In this document: piece after piece, positions 48,801-64,000 of the stretch
How the letters are laid out: each line of letters begins with the position of its first letter
Numbering within the stretch: position 1 is the stretch's first letter
Assembly: GCF_009914755.1 (NCBI RefSeq)
Contig: NC_060943.1
Length of the DNA stretch: 64,000 nucleotides
DNA from: the human T2T-CHM13v2.0 reference genome, Homo sapiens
Direction: 5' to 3' (one strand)
The notes under the pieces: model-generated
Database searches by the model: none
What the model saw: the letters and a program-made list of their open reading frames with translations, nothing else
What the model was told of the DNA's origin: nothing
Translations under genes and position numbers: made by a program

Positions 48801-49674
48801 CTGGTATCCTCCTGCCTGAGACGGTGCTGGGGCAGATCTCCTCAGAGGTCGATAGGAGGATGCAGTGAGGTGGCCCCGGCCGAGGTACACTCGGTAACAG
48901 ATCATCATGTGCAGTGTCGGCGCAGGCATTGGGCACCTGGGCCTCATTTTCTCTTCCATGAAGTGGATGTTCTCCCCTCGAGGGTTCATGCCGGGTGATC
49001 AGGAGACCATGATTTGGGCAGCTCACTCCCCAGCTGGCAGCCGGGCTAAATCTCATCAGTGCCCATTTAGATCTGGTGCTCCGCCCTTGCCCCGAAGGGA
49101 CAGGCTGCCTGCAGAGAGAGCCGGGACCTCCACATTTTCTGCTGAGGCTCCTTTTCCCAGCATTGGCTCCTCTGCAGCTGCTGGGCCACAGCCAGAGGCT
49201 GTCAGAGATCCAAGGGAGTCATTGCCAGTGTCCTTGTCTAAGGAGGATGGGCCATGGAGAAGCCCTCCCTGCCCGCTCTCCACCCAGATCTGTTGACAGC
49301 CACCCCTCACATGCCCAGGGCCTGGAGGGTCCCAGCAAGGCTGAGACTATGAGCAGCTGTCCTACTCACATACCCATCCCAGCATCCAGGTCAGCCCCTT
49401 TGTCCTGGGGTCCTCAAGGTCACTGGCGCCCTTCCAGCCTGCTGGCCTTGGGCCAGCCTCTAGCCCCTCCTTCTGGATCTTGGTCTTCTCAGATCTGACC
49501 CTGTCACCTCTTTCCCCGACCAGGCCCCTTCCCCTCTGGTGCCTGGGCAGCCTGGGGGAAGTATGCTGGAAGCAGCGTAATGATCTGGCAAGGCAGAGGA
49601 GACAGCACGTCTTGAAACATTTTTGGGGTCAAGGACTACCCCATTTGTTCCCTCACTCCCACCTAGGTCACTGA

Positions 49675-50375
<701 letters not shown>

Positions 50376-51398
50376 GGATGGGCAGCTTGGATCTGTCAGG
50401 GGCCTGCTCTGCAACAGCCACTGCTTAAGCGGTCACTGATTCACTCCTTGGAACAGGCTCCAACGTGGGAGCAGCGGTTACCCCATTTTACAGGCCAGTT
50501 GAGTGAGGCTCCAAGAGGTAAAGTCACCTGCCAGACTCTCATTGTTCAGGAGCAGCAGAGGTAGGATCTGGACCTGATGGAGTCTGGAGTCAGCACCCAT
50601 AACATGTCCTCCTGGACCTTGGGGATACACTGTGAGCAGGCTGGCTGGGGTCTGCCAGCACAGATAGGTGCCATTCTGTTTTGCATACTATTTCAGGGGG
50701 TCCTGAACACCTTGAAGCAGGTGGAGGCCCCTGCTCCAGACTGGGAGCTCCTGGAGAGGCCACCCTGTGTCTGTGTGGTTCTAAGCTGGAGCCACATCGA
50801 ATCAGGATGGGGCTCCAGCACCCGACAGTCCCCATCAAATTTCACAGGTTTTGGCGCCGTCGGGCAAGGCTGACACATTGTCTTGGAGGAGGCCCAGGAA
50901 GTCTGGCCTTAGGGTCGCAGCCTGAGTTTCAGGCAGATAGGGCATGAGATTCCAGCATTTCTGCTTCGAGCCCCGTGGTAGATCCCTGTCTCCCTCCTTC
51001 CCCATGGCCTATTTCTGTCTCATTTATTCATTAACTTCTTGAACATTCGTGAACACCTGTTTTGTGCACAGTGCTGGGTTCTGAGGGTGCAGCAATGAAG
51101 AAGGCCAACCCAGCAGCCTCCATTCCTGCACTGTGAGGCGGGCAAGCAACACACCAATGGGACAGTAGTAAATGCAGCACCCAGGGGGAGGCACCTAACA
51201 CAGTGGGGGATTAGGGGAGGCTTCTTGGGGAGACCAGAGGATAGCTGATGAGTTTCAGGCAGGACAAGAGGCTTAAACCAAGGTCTGCGAGGTGGGAGTC
51301 GGAGGATGTCATTGTCGCGGGGTCAGGTACAGGCTGAGCTAACAAGACACACAGGACCAAACCCCTCAAGGTCAGCCTCACAGAGCAGGAACTCAGGA

Positions 51399-51672
51399 AG
51401 AAAGCGTTTTTGTTTGTTTGTTTGTTTGTTTGTTTGTTTGTTTGAAATGGAGTTTTCGCTCTTGTTGCCCACGCTGGAGTGCAGTGGCAACGATCTCAGC
51501 TCACTGTACCTTCTACCTCCCAGTTTCAAGAGAAAGCGTTTTTTTGTTTGTTTGTTTGTTTGTTTGTTTGTTTGAAATGGAGTTTCGCTCTTGTTGCCCA
51601 CGCTGGAGTGCAGTGGCAACGATCTCAGCTCACTGTACCTTTCTACCTCCCAGGTTCAAGAGAAAGCGTTTT
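51399..51672. repeat. Tandem duplication (2 x ~131 bp) of a truncated Alu with three copies of agaaagcgtttt
   Basis: Motif at 51399, 51531 and 51661, with near-identical Alu fragments between. Confidence 0.93.
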
Positions 51673-54091
51673 AAAAAAAAAAATCATTCCAGCTACTTGC
51701 GAGGCTGAGGCAAGAGGATTGCTGCAGCCCAGGGGTTTGAGGCCAGCCTGAACAATAAAGTGCGACCCCATCTCTGCAAAAGGAAAACAAAAACAGTCAT
51801 TGCAGGCTCCCATCATAGCAGAAAATTTTCCAAGAGAGCTGGCAGGTCAGAGGCAGATCTGGGTGATATGAGCTATTGGTGTGCCAAAGTGTGGCTTTTA
51901 TTTGTTTTTAAGTGGTATGGCTTGCACACTATGTGTGTGAGAGAGGACAACTTGGGCGGGCTGTCCAATTTCAGGGATCCCTGTGGCTGTGTCCCCAGCC
52001 CTGGCCGCTGGGGGCTGTGGCAAGGTGATGCTTGTTCAGGGCCTGGGCCTGGCTCCTCAGACGCTCAGTGCCTGCAGGCAGTCCTGCTTCCCCGAAGTAG
52101 GTGGGTACCTCTGGGGGCACCGTGCGATCCCCTGGCTGGCTTAGTGGTCCAGACAGAAGGGGGGACAGGGGACTCCAGTGCTCTGTGCCTAAGGCCAAGG
52201 AGATACCTAGAAGTTCAGGGAGAGGAGGGGTGGGAGGGGGTCCTAGCAACATCTGGTTTAAGTCGGAGTCACTGGTGGATGTGTCTGGCACAGAGGAGGA
52301 CCCCGTGGCAGCCCTGGAAGCGGGGCATTCTGATCAAACCAGGGCATCACGGGCAGAAGCCTCTGTAATGTGCCATCCCAACAGAAGCTGGGGCCCTGTA
52401 TGGCATCGATGTCCCTGTCAGACCAGGACACGTGGGCCGGCAGGGCCAAGGATAGGGAGAGCAGAGCAGTAGAGGCTGCGTCATCCCTGGGATGCAGTCC
52501 CCATGGAGGGGAAGAATGATGACAGCAAGGGACGTTGGTCAGGGTCCTGCTCGGTGCCGGGCACTATGCTGCATGTCACAGCCACTGGCACAAGACTGTC
52601 AGGCGGAGGGGCACAGGGATGTCAGGGCAGCAGGTCGTGGTGACATCCAGCTCAGATACCAGGACACTGGTGGCTGCCATGACGTGCAGCCAAACAGGGA
52701 GCTATGGCTGTGCTCTCACGGTGGTACCATTTCCACTGCAGTCCCAAGCAGGTTAGAGCGTGAGGCCGAGGGGCCCTGGGGACACTTGGATCAGTCCAGT
52801 GTGTTCAGCAGGTGCCACGGTTGGGTGTCCAGGCCTCCCAGCACTGGCTAGGTCACCCAGCAGTGTTCCCGTGGGTCTCCAACAGGCTCCAGGCCAGTGT
52901 ATCAGCTATGTATGTCCTGGGCAAGTTGGCCGGCAGGTGTGTCATGGCATCATTTAGGTCAGAAGGAGCAAGGGTAGAAGTGTCAGGGTGACATTAAGAA
53001 ACCCCCTACTGAGTGTGTCAGGGTGACCTTCACGTTGGAGAGAAGAACTGGTGTCCCTGGAGAGTGGCTGCCAGGCCTTAGGGTACACGGGGCGGGTGCA
53101 GTTCACCCAGAGGGCTGCCCTGGCTTGCTGGGGCTGTCGCACCACTGGCCTAGGGAGGACACTGGAAGGGACGCCCGTTTGTGTCAGAGCAAGAGGATTG
53201 GGGTAGGGCAGGCTTTGGCCCATGGGCACCTTCCTGGGGGTGGCCTGGAGTCAGGAAGGCGGTAGCCATTCCTCCTGACCTGGCACGTGCACAAGACTGC
53301 ATACACACACTTGCTCACACACAGTCACACCACACACACCACGTGCACACACACGCAGCCCTCCCCACTTGGCTTCCAAAACGTGAGTCACTCAGATGCT
53401 ACTCTGCTGCCGTCTTGCCCCCTCTGCTGGCAGCCCTGTTCCTCCTAACTCCACCAGCCCTGGCCTCCTCCGCCTCCTGGAGAGTCAGAGCCGATGGGCT
53501 AGTTTGGGCCACACAGGGTGGGGCCACCCTGAGTTCTGCCAGCATGCAGACTGTAGGTGGGGAGCCGGGAGAAGAGCTATGTTGCCTGCCTCTGGGACCC
53601 TGGGGCTACAGCCCACGAGTGTCCCTTGCAGAGCCCACCAGGGTGCCTTGGAGGCCCATCCCAGTGCCAGGCTGTTCTTCCCAGATGGGACAGCTGGGGC
53701 CACAGGCTGCCGTGGCAGTGCTGGGCTTTCTCTGGACAGCTCTCCCACCTCTGCCCAGGGGGCCCGGGGGGCCAGCCCCCTGCCTGGGTCAGCCTCTCCC
53801 TGCCTGCTGCTCTCCTCTGGCCCATCCAGCTTGTATGTAGATTTTCCCTCACGTGTGTGTGTGTGTGTGCATGTGTGTGTGCTGGTGAGAGTGACAGCGG
53901 GAGCAGGGATGTGAGACCTGCAGGGTGGCAGGGCTCATGGATGACTGGCGGGGTGCATTAAGTGCTCATGCTCGTGAAAGGCACCTCTTCTTGGGTGTGG
54001 GTGAGGACAGGTGTGACTGCGCATGCAGGTATGTGTGAGGAGAGGGGTTGTGGGGAGCATGTGCGCCTGTGAGGGGAGGCTTTCCAACTGA

Positions 54092-54358
<267 letters not shown>

Positions 54359-55226
54359 TAGAGGCCGGGAGGGTCTGGGCATTGGGCTCCCAGGTGCCAC
54401 ACCGGCCTTCGGGGTCCAGCAGGTGGCAGCACAGCCCCTTCCTCAGGCTTCAGAGGCTGCTCTGCTGGGCAGGGCCAGGGCCACACAGGGAGGGGGGCTG
54501 CAGCACTTTCTTCCTGGCATCATCTCTACCCTGGGGGGCATGGTCTCTTGTGTGTCTGTGCACAGATGTCCTCATCCCAGGCCCACCAAGGTGGGTACAT
54601 CCTGTCCTCTGCCTCTTCCTTTTTGTGGTTTAAGGTTGAGGGCCCTGAGAGTCCCAGGGCCTGTCCCCCAGAATCCCTCTCAAAGGTGGGGAAACCAGGG
54701 GTGAGAGGAGGTGGCCCTGAGTTTAGGCCTGTCTGGCCAGGACAGTGGAAATCAGGGACAGAGGGGACTAGGCCTCCTCCTCTTCCTCCTCTTCAGTCCT
54801 CGGGGTCTACAGAAAAACATCAGGGAGAGGCCAGGATGGGTTGCAGGGTGTGGTGTGCAGGTGTCTTAGTGGGGTGGGGCGGCAGCATGGGGCCAGCAGC
54901 TGCCCACCTCCTCCGAGGAGGCTGGTGGGACAGATGACATGGCAGGGCTGGGAACCAGGCCCAGGGAGACGAGTTCACTACCGAAGTGGCCCCTAAATGC
55001 ACGGCGGCGGCCGTAGCCCTGCCTGCTATCCTTCATGCTGTCCTCGGGCTTCCCAGGGCCTCCTTAATGGCCCTGCCACCCCCAGCTGGGCCGCCGCTCA
55101 GCACTGGCAATAAACATGGTGACGGATGAGTGTGGACGAGTGTGAGGCTCAGCGCAGGCAGGAGCCCCATCTGTCGCGGCTGCCACCCGCCCTGCCTCAT
55201 CCTGGCCTCTGCCAGCCCAGCCCTGA

Positions 55227-55364
<138 letters not shown>

Positions 55365-55829
55365 GGGTGGGGAGCCCAGGCCTGGCCTCGGGGCAGGGCA
55401 GGGCGGCTAGGCCGGCCAGCTCCCCCTTGCCCGCCAGCCAGTGGCCGAACCCCCCACTCCCTGCCACCGTCACACAGTATTTATTGTTCCCACAATGGCT
55501 GGGAGGGGGCCCTTCCAGATTGGGGGCCCTGGGGTCCCCACTCCCTGTCCATCCCCAGTTGGGGCTGCGACCGCCAGATTCTCCCTTAAGGAATTGACTT
55601 CAGCAGGGGTGGGAGGCTCCCAGACCCAGGGCAGTGTGGTGGGAGGGGTGTTCCAAAGAGAAGGCCTGGTCAGCAGAGCCGCCCCGTGTCCCCCCAGGTG
55701 CTGGAGGCAGACTCGAGGGCCGAATTGTTTCTAGTTAGGCCACGCTCCTCTGTTCAGTCGCAAAGGTGAACACTCATGCGGCCCAGCCATGGGCCCTCTG
55801 AGCAACTGTGCAGCACCCTTTCACCCCCA

Positions 55830-55835
55830 ATTAAA
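55830..55835 (+). terminator. PIN1: Likely PIN1 polyadenylation signal ATTAAA
   Basis: ~465 nt after the stop codon, followed by a pyrimidine/GU-rich element. Confidence 0.75.
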
Positions 55836-57591
55836 CCCAGAACCACTGCTCTGCTCTCCTGTGTCTCATTTCTCCTCAGGGAAGCATAGTGGGGAAGATG
55901 TCGTGGGGAGGGGATCATAGCCCCCCCATCCTAAGGGTCCCAGCTGCAAGTTCTCCCCCGAGGCTTCCCCTTGCCCTGGGCCAGGGGGAGTCACAGCAGC
56001 TGGCTCTTGGGGACATGGGCACTGTCCAGCTGCCCAGCACCCTGAGATCTGCTTCCCTGCCATCTCAGGGGCTTCCAGAAGGTTCGTGGGTCCAACCCGG
56101 CACCTGGCCCAGCACCCATTGCAGCTGCAGTTACCATGACAACAGGGCCCTCCCGGACTGGAGGGGGCTCCTGCAGGGAGGGGGATGGGAGCAGACATGG
56201 CTTTTAGTGCCTGAAGGTGGAGCAGAGGGAATCCTGGGGTGGGTGGCGGGGAGATGGGGTCCCCCGCCAGTGTGGGGGCTGTGGATGTGGCATGCCTGAC
56301 CCCCATCCCCTGTTCAGTCGGGGGGCTGTGGGTCTGATGGAGAAGTGGTTATTCCTGCATGCCCTGTTCCCCCTCCACTTGATGGGGACCAGCCCAGATT
56401 GCGGGGGTGCCTGGCTGGCAGAGCTTAGGGACCTGAGCAACTAAAGCCCGGCCCCAGGGGACCTCCCCTCCCCCATGCGCTGAGTTTCTAATAAAGGCCA
56501 AGCCTCATAAACAATCACCTGTGCCCGCTCCCATCTGGCTGGCTTCGGGAGCAATCGCTCATTCGCCTGCTGCCTGCCTGCCGGAGCATTTGTCATTAGG
56601 AAGGTTTAATGGGTTTCCTCTCAGCTCCAGAGGGCTGGGGAGAGCCGGCTGCATGGATACACCGCCAGGCAGAATGTTCTCCCATCGCCTGGTGGAGGGG
56701 GGTTGGGAGTGAGGCAGCCATGCCACCATTCACACCAACAGTTGGATGTGGGGTTGGGGAAGTGACTGCACCCCTCCTGGAACAGTAGAGGCCCTGGGTC
56801 TGGAAGGATCGGAAATTAGTGGCTGGGGCCCAGAGGGTTTGCTGAGTTCCACTCCAGGGTGAAGAATGGGCTTTGTGTCCTGACCATCAGCAGCAGGGCC
56901 CAGGGAAGGCTGTGCATCGTTCTGTGTGGGAGCCGCTGCCCCCACCCGTGTGTATGTGTGTCTGCGTTTGCCCAAGAATGTGTGGGGCCATGTGACTGGT
57001 CGTCTCTCTGTCCTGTGCATTTTGGGAGTCCTCCGGTTCTGAGAGTCCTCCGGTTCTGAGTGTGACCACCTGCCCCTCCAGGTACCCCCTTCCCTTGTCT
57101 GTCTGTGCAGTGGCCAAAACCCAAATGAGAATGTCGCTGTTAGGTAAACATGCCTCCAGAGCCCACTTCGGGGCCGGTGATTCATTATTAAGCAGCTGCG
57201 CATTCCCTCACCTCCCACCCACCCCCTCACCCCCTCCTGTCTAGAACCAGGGCATAAATCCCAGGCCTTTAGGATGGTGACAGTGTAGTCTTCCCTAGTG
57301 CCACTTACAGGCACCTCCCAGGCCAGACCCGCCCCAGGGGGTCAGTCTCTACGTGCCCCTGGCTTCTGTGGCCGCTGGGCAGAGCTGGAGCAGGTCACCT
57401 TGGGGTAAACGGTATTACTGCCCCAGGACAGGAGTTGGCTTCGCTGTGCCCACGTCCATGATGAGAGGGGAAGTCAGTGAGTTAGCAGTGGATAGCCGAA
57501 GACGCACACAGATTGATCCTGGCCTGGGAAATGTTAGTCTGCCTGCCCATCCTTGTTTGTAACAAAAGCCACAAACTCAAAAGGAGCTCTG

Positions 57592-57593
<2 letters not shown>

Positions 57594-57629
<36 letters not shown>
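57594..57629. repeat. (GT)n microsatellite
   Basis: Read directly from sequence. Confidence 0.95.
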
Positions 57630-57630
<1 letters not shown>

Positions 57631-58245
57631 TCTCTCTGAGGACCTGATACAGATGTGATGGACACACCCACACCCAGCCCTAATCTCGGTGTGAGGATGT
57701 GGCTCCCCAGCACTCAGCATAGTGTGGACACAGATTGTGGACCTCAGCAGCCTCAATTCTCCACCTTACTTTAGGAGAATCCAGTATCTAAGGCCGATAA
57801 ACTACCTCGTCCCCTCACTGTGGAGACTCTCTGCCTCCAAATAAATGTGAGTTGGGGGGGATACAGATGTTCTAGGTGTCCTGGCTTTGTGCTGCTTTTC
57901 ATTTCGTTTCTTCAGCAGGTACAGGGTAAAGTGCCTCTCCACATGCTAATCCGGGAATTAATCCTTTTTCCGATGTCAAACATATTCGCTTAAATGGAAA
58001 TTAATTGCTTTTCTTGAGGATTTCTCTAAAAATTGGTTTTAAATGAGTACATTAGGCAGTCCCATTTATTATTCGTTGGTTTCGTTCCCAATATGGCCCC
58101 GGTATCCGAGTTCCCGGAGATGCCAGCACGGAGCGGAGATGATTTAATCAGGGTAACCATTAATTAGAGATGAGGAGAGCCTCCCCCAGGAGGAGTGGGA
58201 GTGCCCCCTTTGTGGCCTCAGCAGGGTGGCGGTCTGGGCCAATAG

Positions 58246-58731
<486 letters not shown>

Positions 58732-59252
58732 TAGAGACGAGGTCTTGCTATGTTGCCCAGGCTGGTCTTGAACTCCTGGGCTCAAGCAGTCCTTCCACCT
58801 CAGTCTCCCAAAGTGCTGAGATTACAGGCATGAGCTGCTGCATCCAGCCTACTCCTAGTTCAGTCCCTTCCTGTCTCCCTCATACTCTTCTTTCCTGCCT
58901 CCAAAACTTCTTGTCTTTTCCTCTCCTTCCCCTCCAAGAATTCTGGTCCCCCATCAAGGGCTGTCCCTGCCCAATCCCTCCTGCAGGCAAACAGGCTCCA
59001 GGTGTGAGGTATGAGTGTGTTCAATTGAAGGCACCTGAGTGCCCCTTTAAAAGGCTGTTTCTAGCTTTTTTGGGATTAGTTTACTCGGCACAAATGTGAC
59101 TTGTCTAAAAACGATTTTTGAAATTACAAAGCAACAAGAGAAAAAAGAAAATGGAAAAATTCAGCTGGGCCCTACTCTTTCATACTCAGCTTCTTAAAAG
59201 CCAGCTCGATTGTTAAAAACCCATTAAAAAATTGCCAGACTGGCCGGGCTCA

Positions 59253-59569
<317 letters not shown>

Positions 59570-59902
59570 TCAACAGTGATTGCAGAGTGGCAATCCAGTG
59601 ACGGGAGAATACTCATTTGAGGCCAGTTTTCATTGCTGTGCTAGAATTCTCGGTTGTTTTGATCAAACTGCTTTTAAACGAATTGCTTTCGATCAAAACA
59701 ACTTTGGATTGGGTCTCCTCACCCATCTCCCCAAAGGGCTGGCCCTGGGGAACCCCTTCCCCCCAGTTCGCTTAAGCTTGAGTCATGGAATAAGGGGATC
59801 CTCACTGGAGATGGGTCTCCAGGCTTGGACTTCGGGGCCACCTCCACCTCTGTCGCCATTGGACACACACAGTCACCGAAGCGTCAAATGTCAAAGGTCC
59901 TG

Positions 59903-59908
59903 TTTATT
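59903..59908 (-). terminator. OLFM2: OLFM2 polyadenylation signal AATAAA
   Basis: tttatt on plus strand, ~445 nt past the stop codon. Confidence 0.85.
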
Positions 59909-60351
59909 CCGGCAAACCGGAAAGAAAAAGTGTAAATAAAAAAAGAAACAGATCCATGCACTCAACTCCTGGGGGTGGGGGTGGGGGTGGGAGTGAGGGA
60001 TGAGGAATGGGTGGGAAGCAAGGAGGGAGGGGTGGAAGGACAGAGAGAGAGAGACAGAGAGAGGCAGAGACGGAAAGAACTGGAGAACCAGAGCCATAAA
60101 AAGAAAAAGACATCCATAAAAAGGCAGAAAGAAAGAAGTGGTGTATTAAAAGCAGAGATCAATAAAGGAGAAGAGGGGAAATTGAAAAAATAGACAGAAA
60201 TACATAGGCAGAGAACAAAAGCCCAGCAAAAAGGCGGGGAGAAAGGGCGTGACAGAGACAGAGAGATCACCCTTGAGGGACACAGGCAGAATGAAAAGGG
60301 CCCCCAGCCCCCGGAGGCCCCCCAGGCAGCAGCCCGAGCCACAGCATTGGC

Positions 60352-61029
<678 letters not shown>

Positions 61030-61209
61030 CTATGGTAGCAGCCGCTGGTCACTGGGGGGAACCACCACCAACGACCCAAGGGTCCCAGCACCAGCTACAG
61101 CCATTAGAGTTCAACAGTCACTAAGTGGTCATTAGTCATGGGAACTCTGTTGACCATTCATTACCAATTATGGCCCTAGTGCGACCATGATCATCTCCTG
61201 GTGACAGCA

Positions 61210-62182
<973 letters not shown>

Positions 62183-62283
62183 CTAACCCCTGTCACCATG
62201 AGGTGACCAGGCGTGTCATCAACATCATTGTTGTCATCATGTTAACTAGCATTTGTTGTTGTTTTTGTTTTGTTTTGTTTTGA

Positions 62284-62585
<302 letters not shown>

Positions 62586-62972
62586 TAAGTGATGGGCAGT
62601 CATGACCATGGAAGCTACTAGAAGTCCGAAGGTCACTGAGCAGTGCTTGGTGGAAGAGGTCTCTTGTCCTTGGGAGGGCATTGGTCATTGGGTAGTTACT
62701 TGGACGTCAGTAGTCCCTGAGAACTGGTCAGTAGAACTCAGTAACCATTAGCCACTATACAGACACTGGAGGTCAACAGAGTGGGATTCACAAGGCTGCA
62801 AAGCCCTTGGTCACTTGGGGGTTACTGGACAGGGAGGTCCAATGGCCCTGGGGGATCCAGGACACTTTGGGCTACAAGACAGTCACCAGTGTGGACTCCC
62901 TAGGCACCTATGGGCAGTCAAAGGCTCTGTCCCTCCCAGGCCCTGACCCCAGGGGTGGGCGCAGTCACTCAC

Positions 62973-63079
62973 CCGGCTATCCGCACTGGGGGCCATCGTG
63001 TCAGTCATCCAGGAGCCGAAGCGGGACCCCATGGCCCGAACGGTGATGGGGTTACTGACCCCGGTCAGCTTCCCACAGC
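62973..63079 (-). CDS. OLFM2: OLFM2 penultimate exon (GCGKLTGVSNPITVRAMGSRFGSWMTDTMAPSADSR)
   Basis: Acceptor cccag|GC and donor CGG|gtgagt. 107 nt, frame consistent. Confidence 0.96.
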
Positions 63080-63393
63080 CTGGGAGGCAGGAACAGGGGG
63101 AATGAGGATGGGGAAATGAACAGCCCAAGAGAGGCCAGGCAAAGATGAAGTGCTGTGATCAAGTTGGGAAAGCTGGGACCAGGGATGAGGGAAGACTCAA
63201 AAATCTGGTCCCAATATGTTGTTCAGTTGTGAGTGAGGGGTTAGAGGCCAAGGGTCAGGGCCATTTCCAGCTTCTGGACTCAAGTGTAGCCTTAGGTAGG
63301 AAGGTCAAGGGTTGAGGTTTAAAAGTTAGAGGTCAAAACTGTGTCCAGCTTCTAGGCACAAACAGGTGATACTGGAGTTGGGTGTGGCAGTCA

Positions 63394-63729
<336 letters not shown>

Positions 63730-63880
63730 TCACCCTTTGTCTTTGATGCACACCTGGCCCTTGACATGTGGCTCATATTGGACCCTAGATTCTTCCCAGA
63801 CATGACTCCATTGTAGGAACTAATGGATACCAAATCCCAGTCATTTGTTTGACCTCTGGTCTGGACACAGGAGGACCCAC

Positions 63881-64000
63881 CTGGAAGCTCTTGGCCGAGA
63901 GGGACCCATCAGCTGCCCGGAGCCGCGCATCCAGGCTCCGCATGAGGGTCTCCATGCCGCGTACATACTGGAGGTCGCGATACGTCCGCAACTCAAGGAC
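63881..64000 (-). CDS. OLFM2: OLFM2 exon, truncated by window edge (VLELRTYRDLQYVRGMETLMRSLDARLRAADGSLSAKSFQ)
   Basis: Open frame ending in CAG|gtgggt, phase 0 with the next exon. Confidence 0.94.

Noticed and set aside
57026-57060. 17-bp direct duplication gagtcctccggttctga
   Set aside because: Only two copies, an ordinary slippage event with no evidence of function.

Overview
Human (or very close hominid) genomic DNA that I recognise as the 19p13.2 FBXL12-UBL5-PIN1-OLFM2 region. It contains complete FBXL12 (minus strand, 3 coding exons, 326 aa), UBL5 (plus, 73 aa), PIN1 (plus, 4 coding exons, 163 aa) and the last four coding exons of OLFM2 (minus). These sit in extremely Alu-dense sequence with several ERV/MaLR LTRs and a full-length THE1 element. 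Most ORFs in the track are Alu-derived or antisense shadows. There is no prokaryote-style system here. The most notable signals concern RNA processing. (1) UBL5 has two U12-type minor introns. (2) A perfect 15-bp inverted repeat folds over the FBXL12 exon-1 splice donor, and exon 3 begins with its own ATG, suggesting a switch to an F-box-less isoform. (3) A retrocopy of a partly spliced RPL10 RNA retains the SNORA70 snoRNA and the intron 3' end. (4) A ~130-bp, ~95% identical non-Alu inverted repeat lies in the last OLFM2 intron. (5) A 61-bp ETS/GC-box minisatellite forms the FBXL12 upstream promoter. Exon coordinates were read by hand from splice sites and frame. Repeat family names come from memory of consensus sequences and need RepeatMasker/Dfam confirmation.
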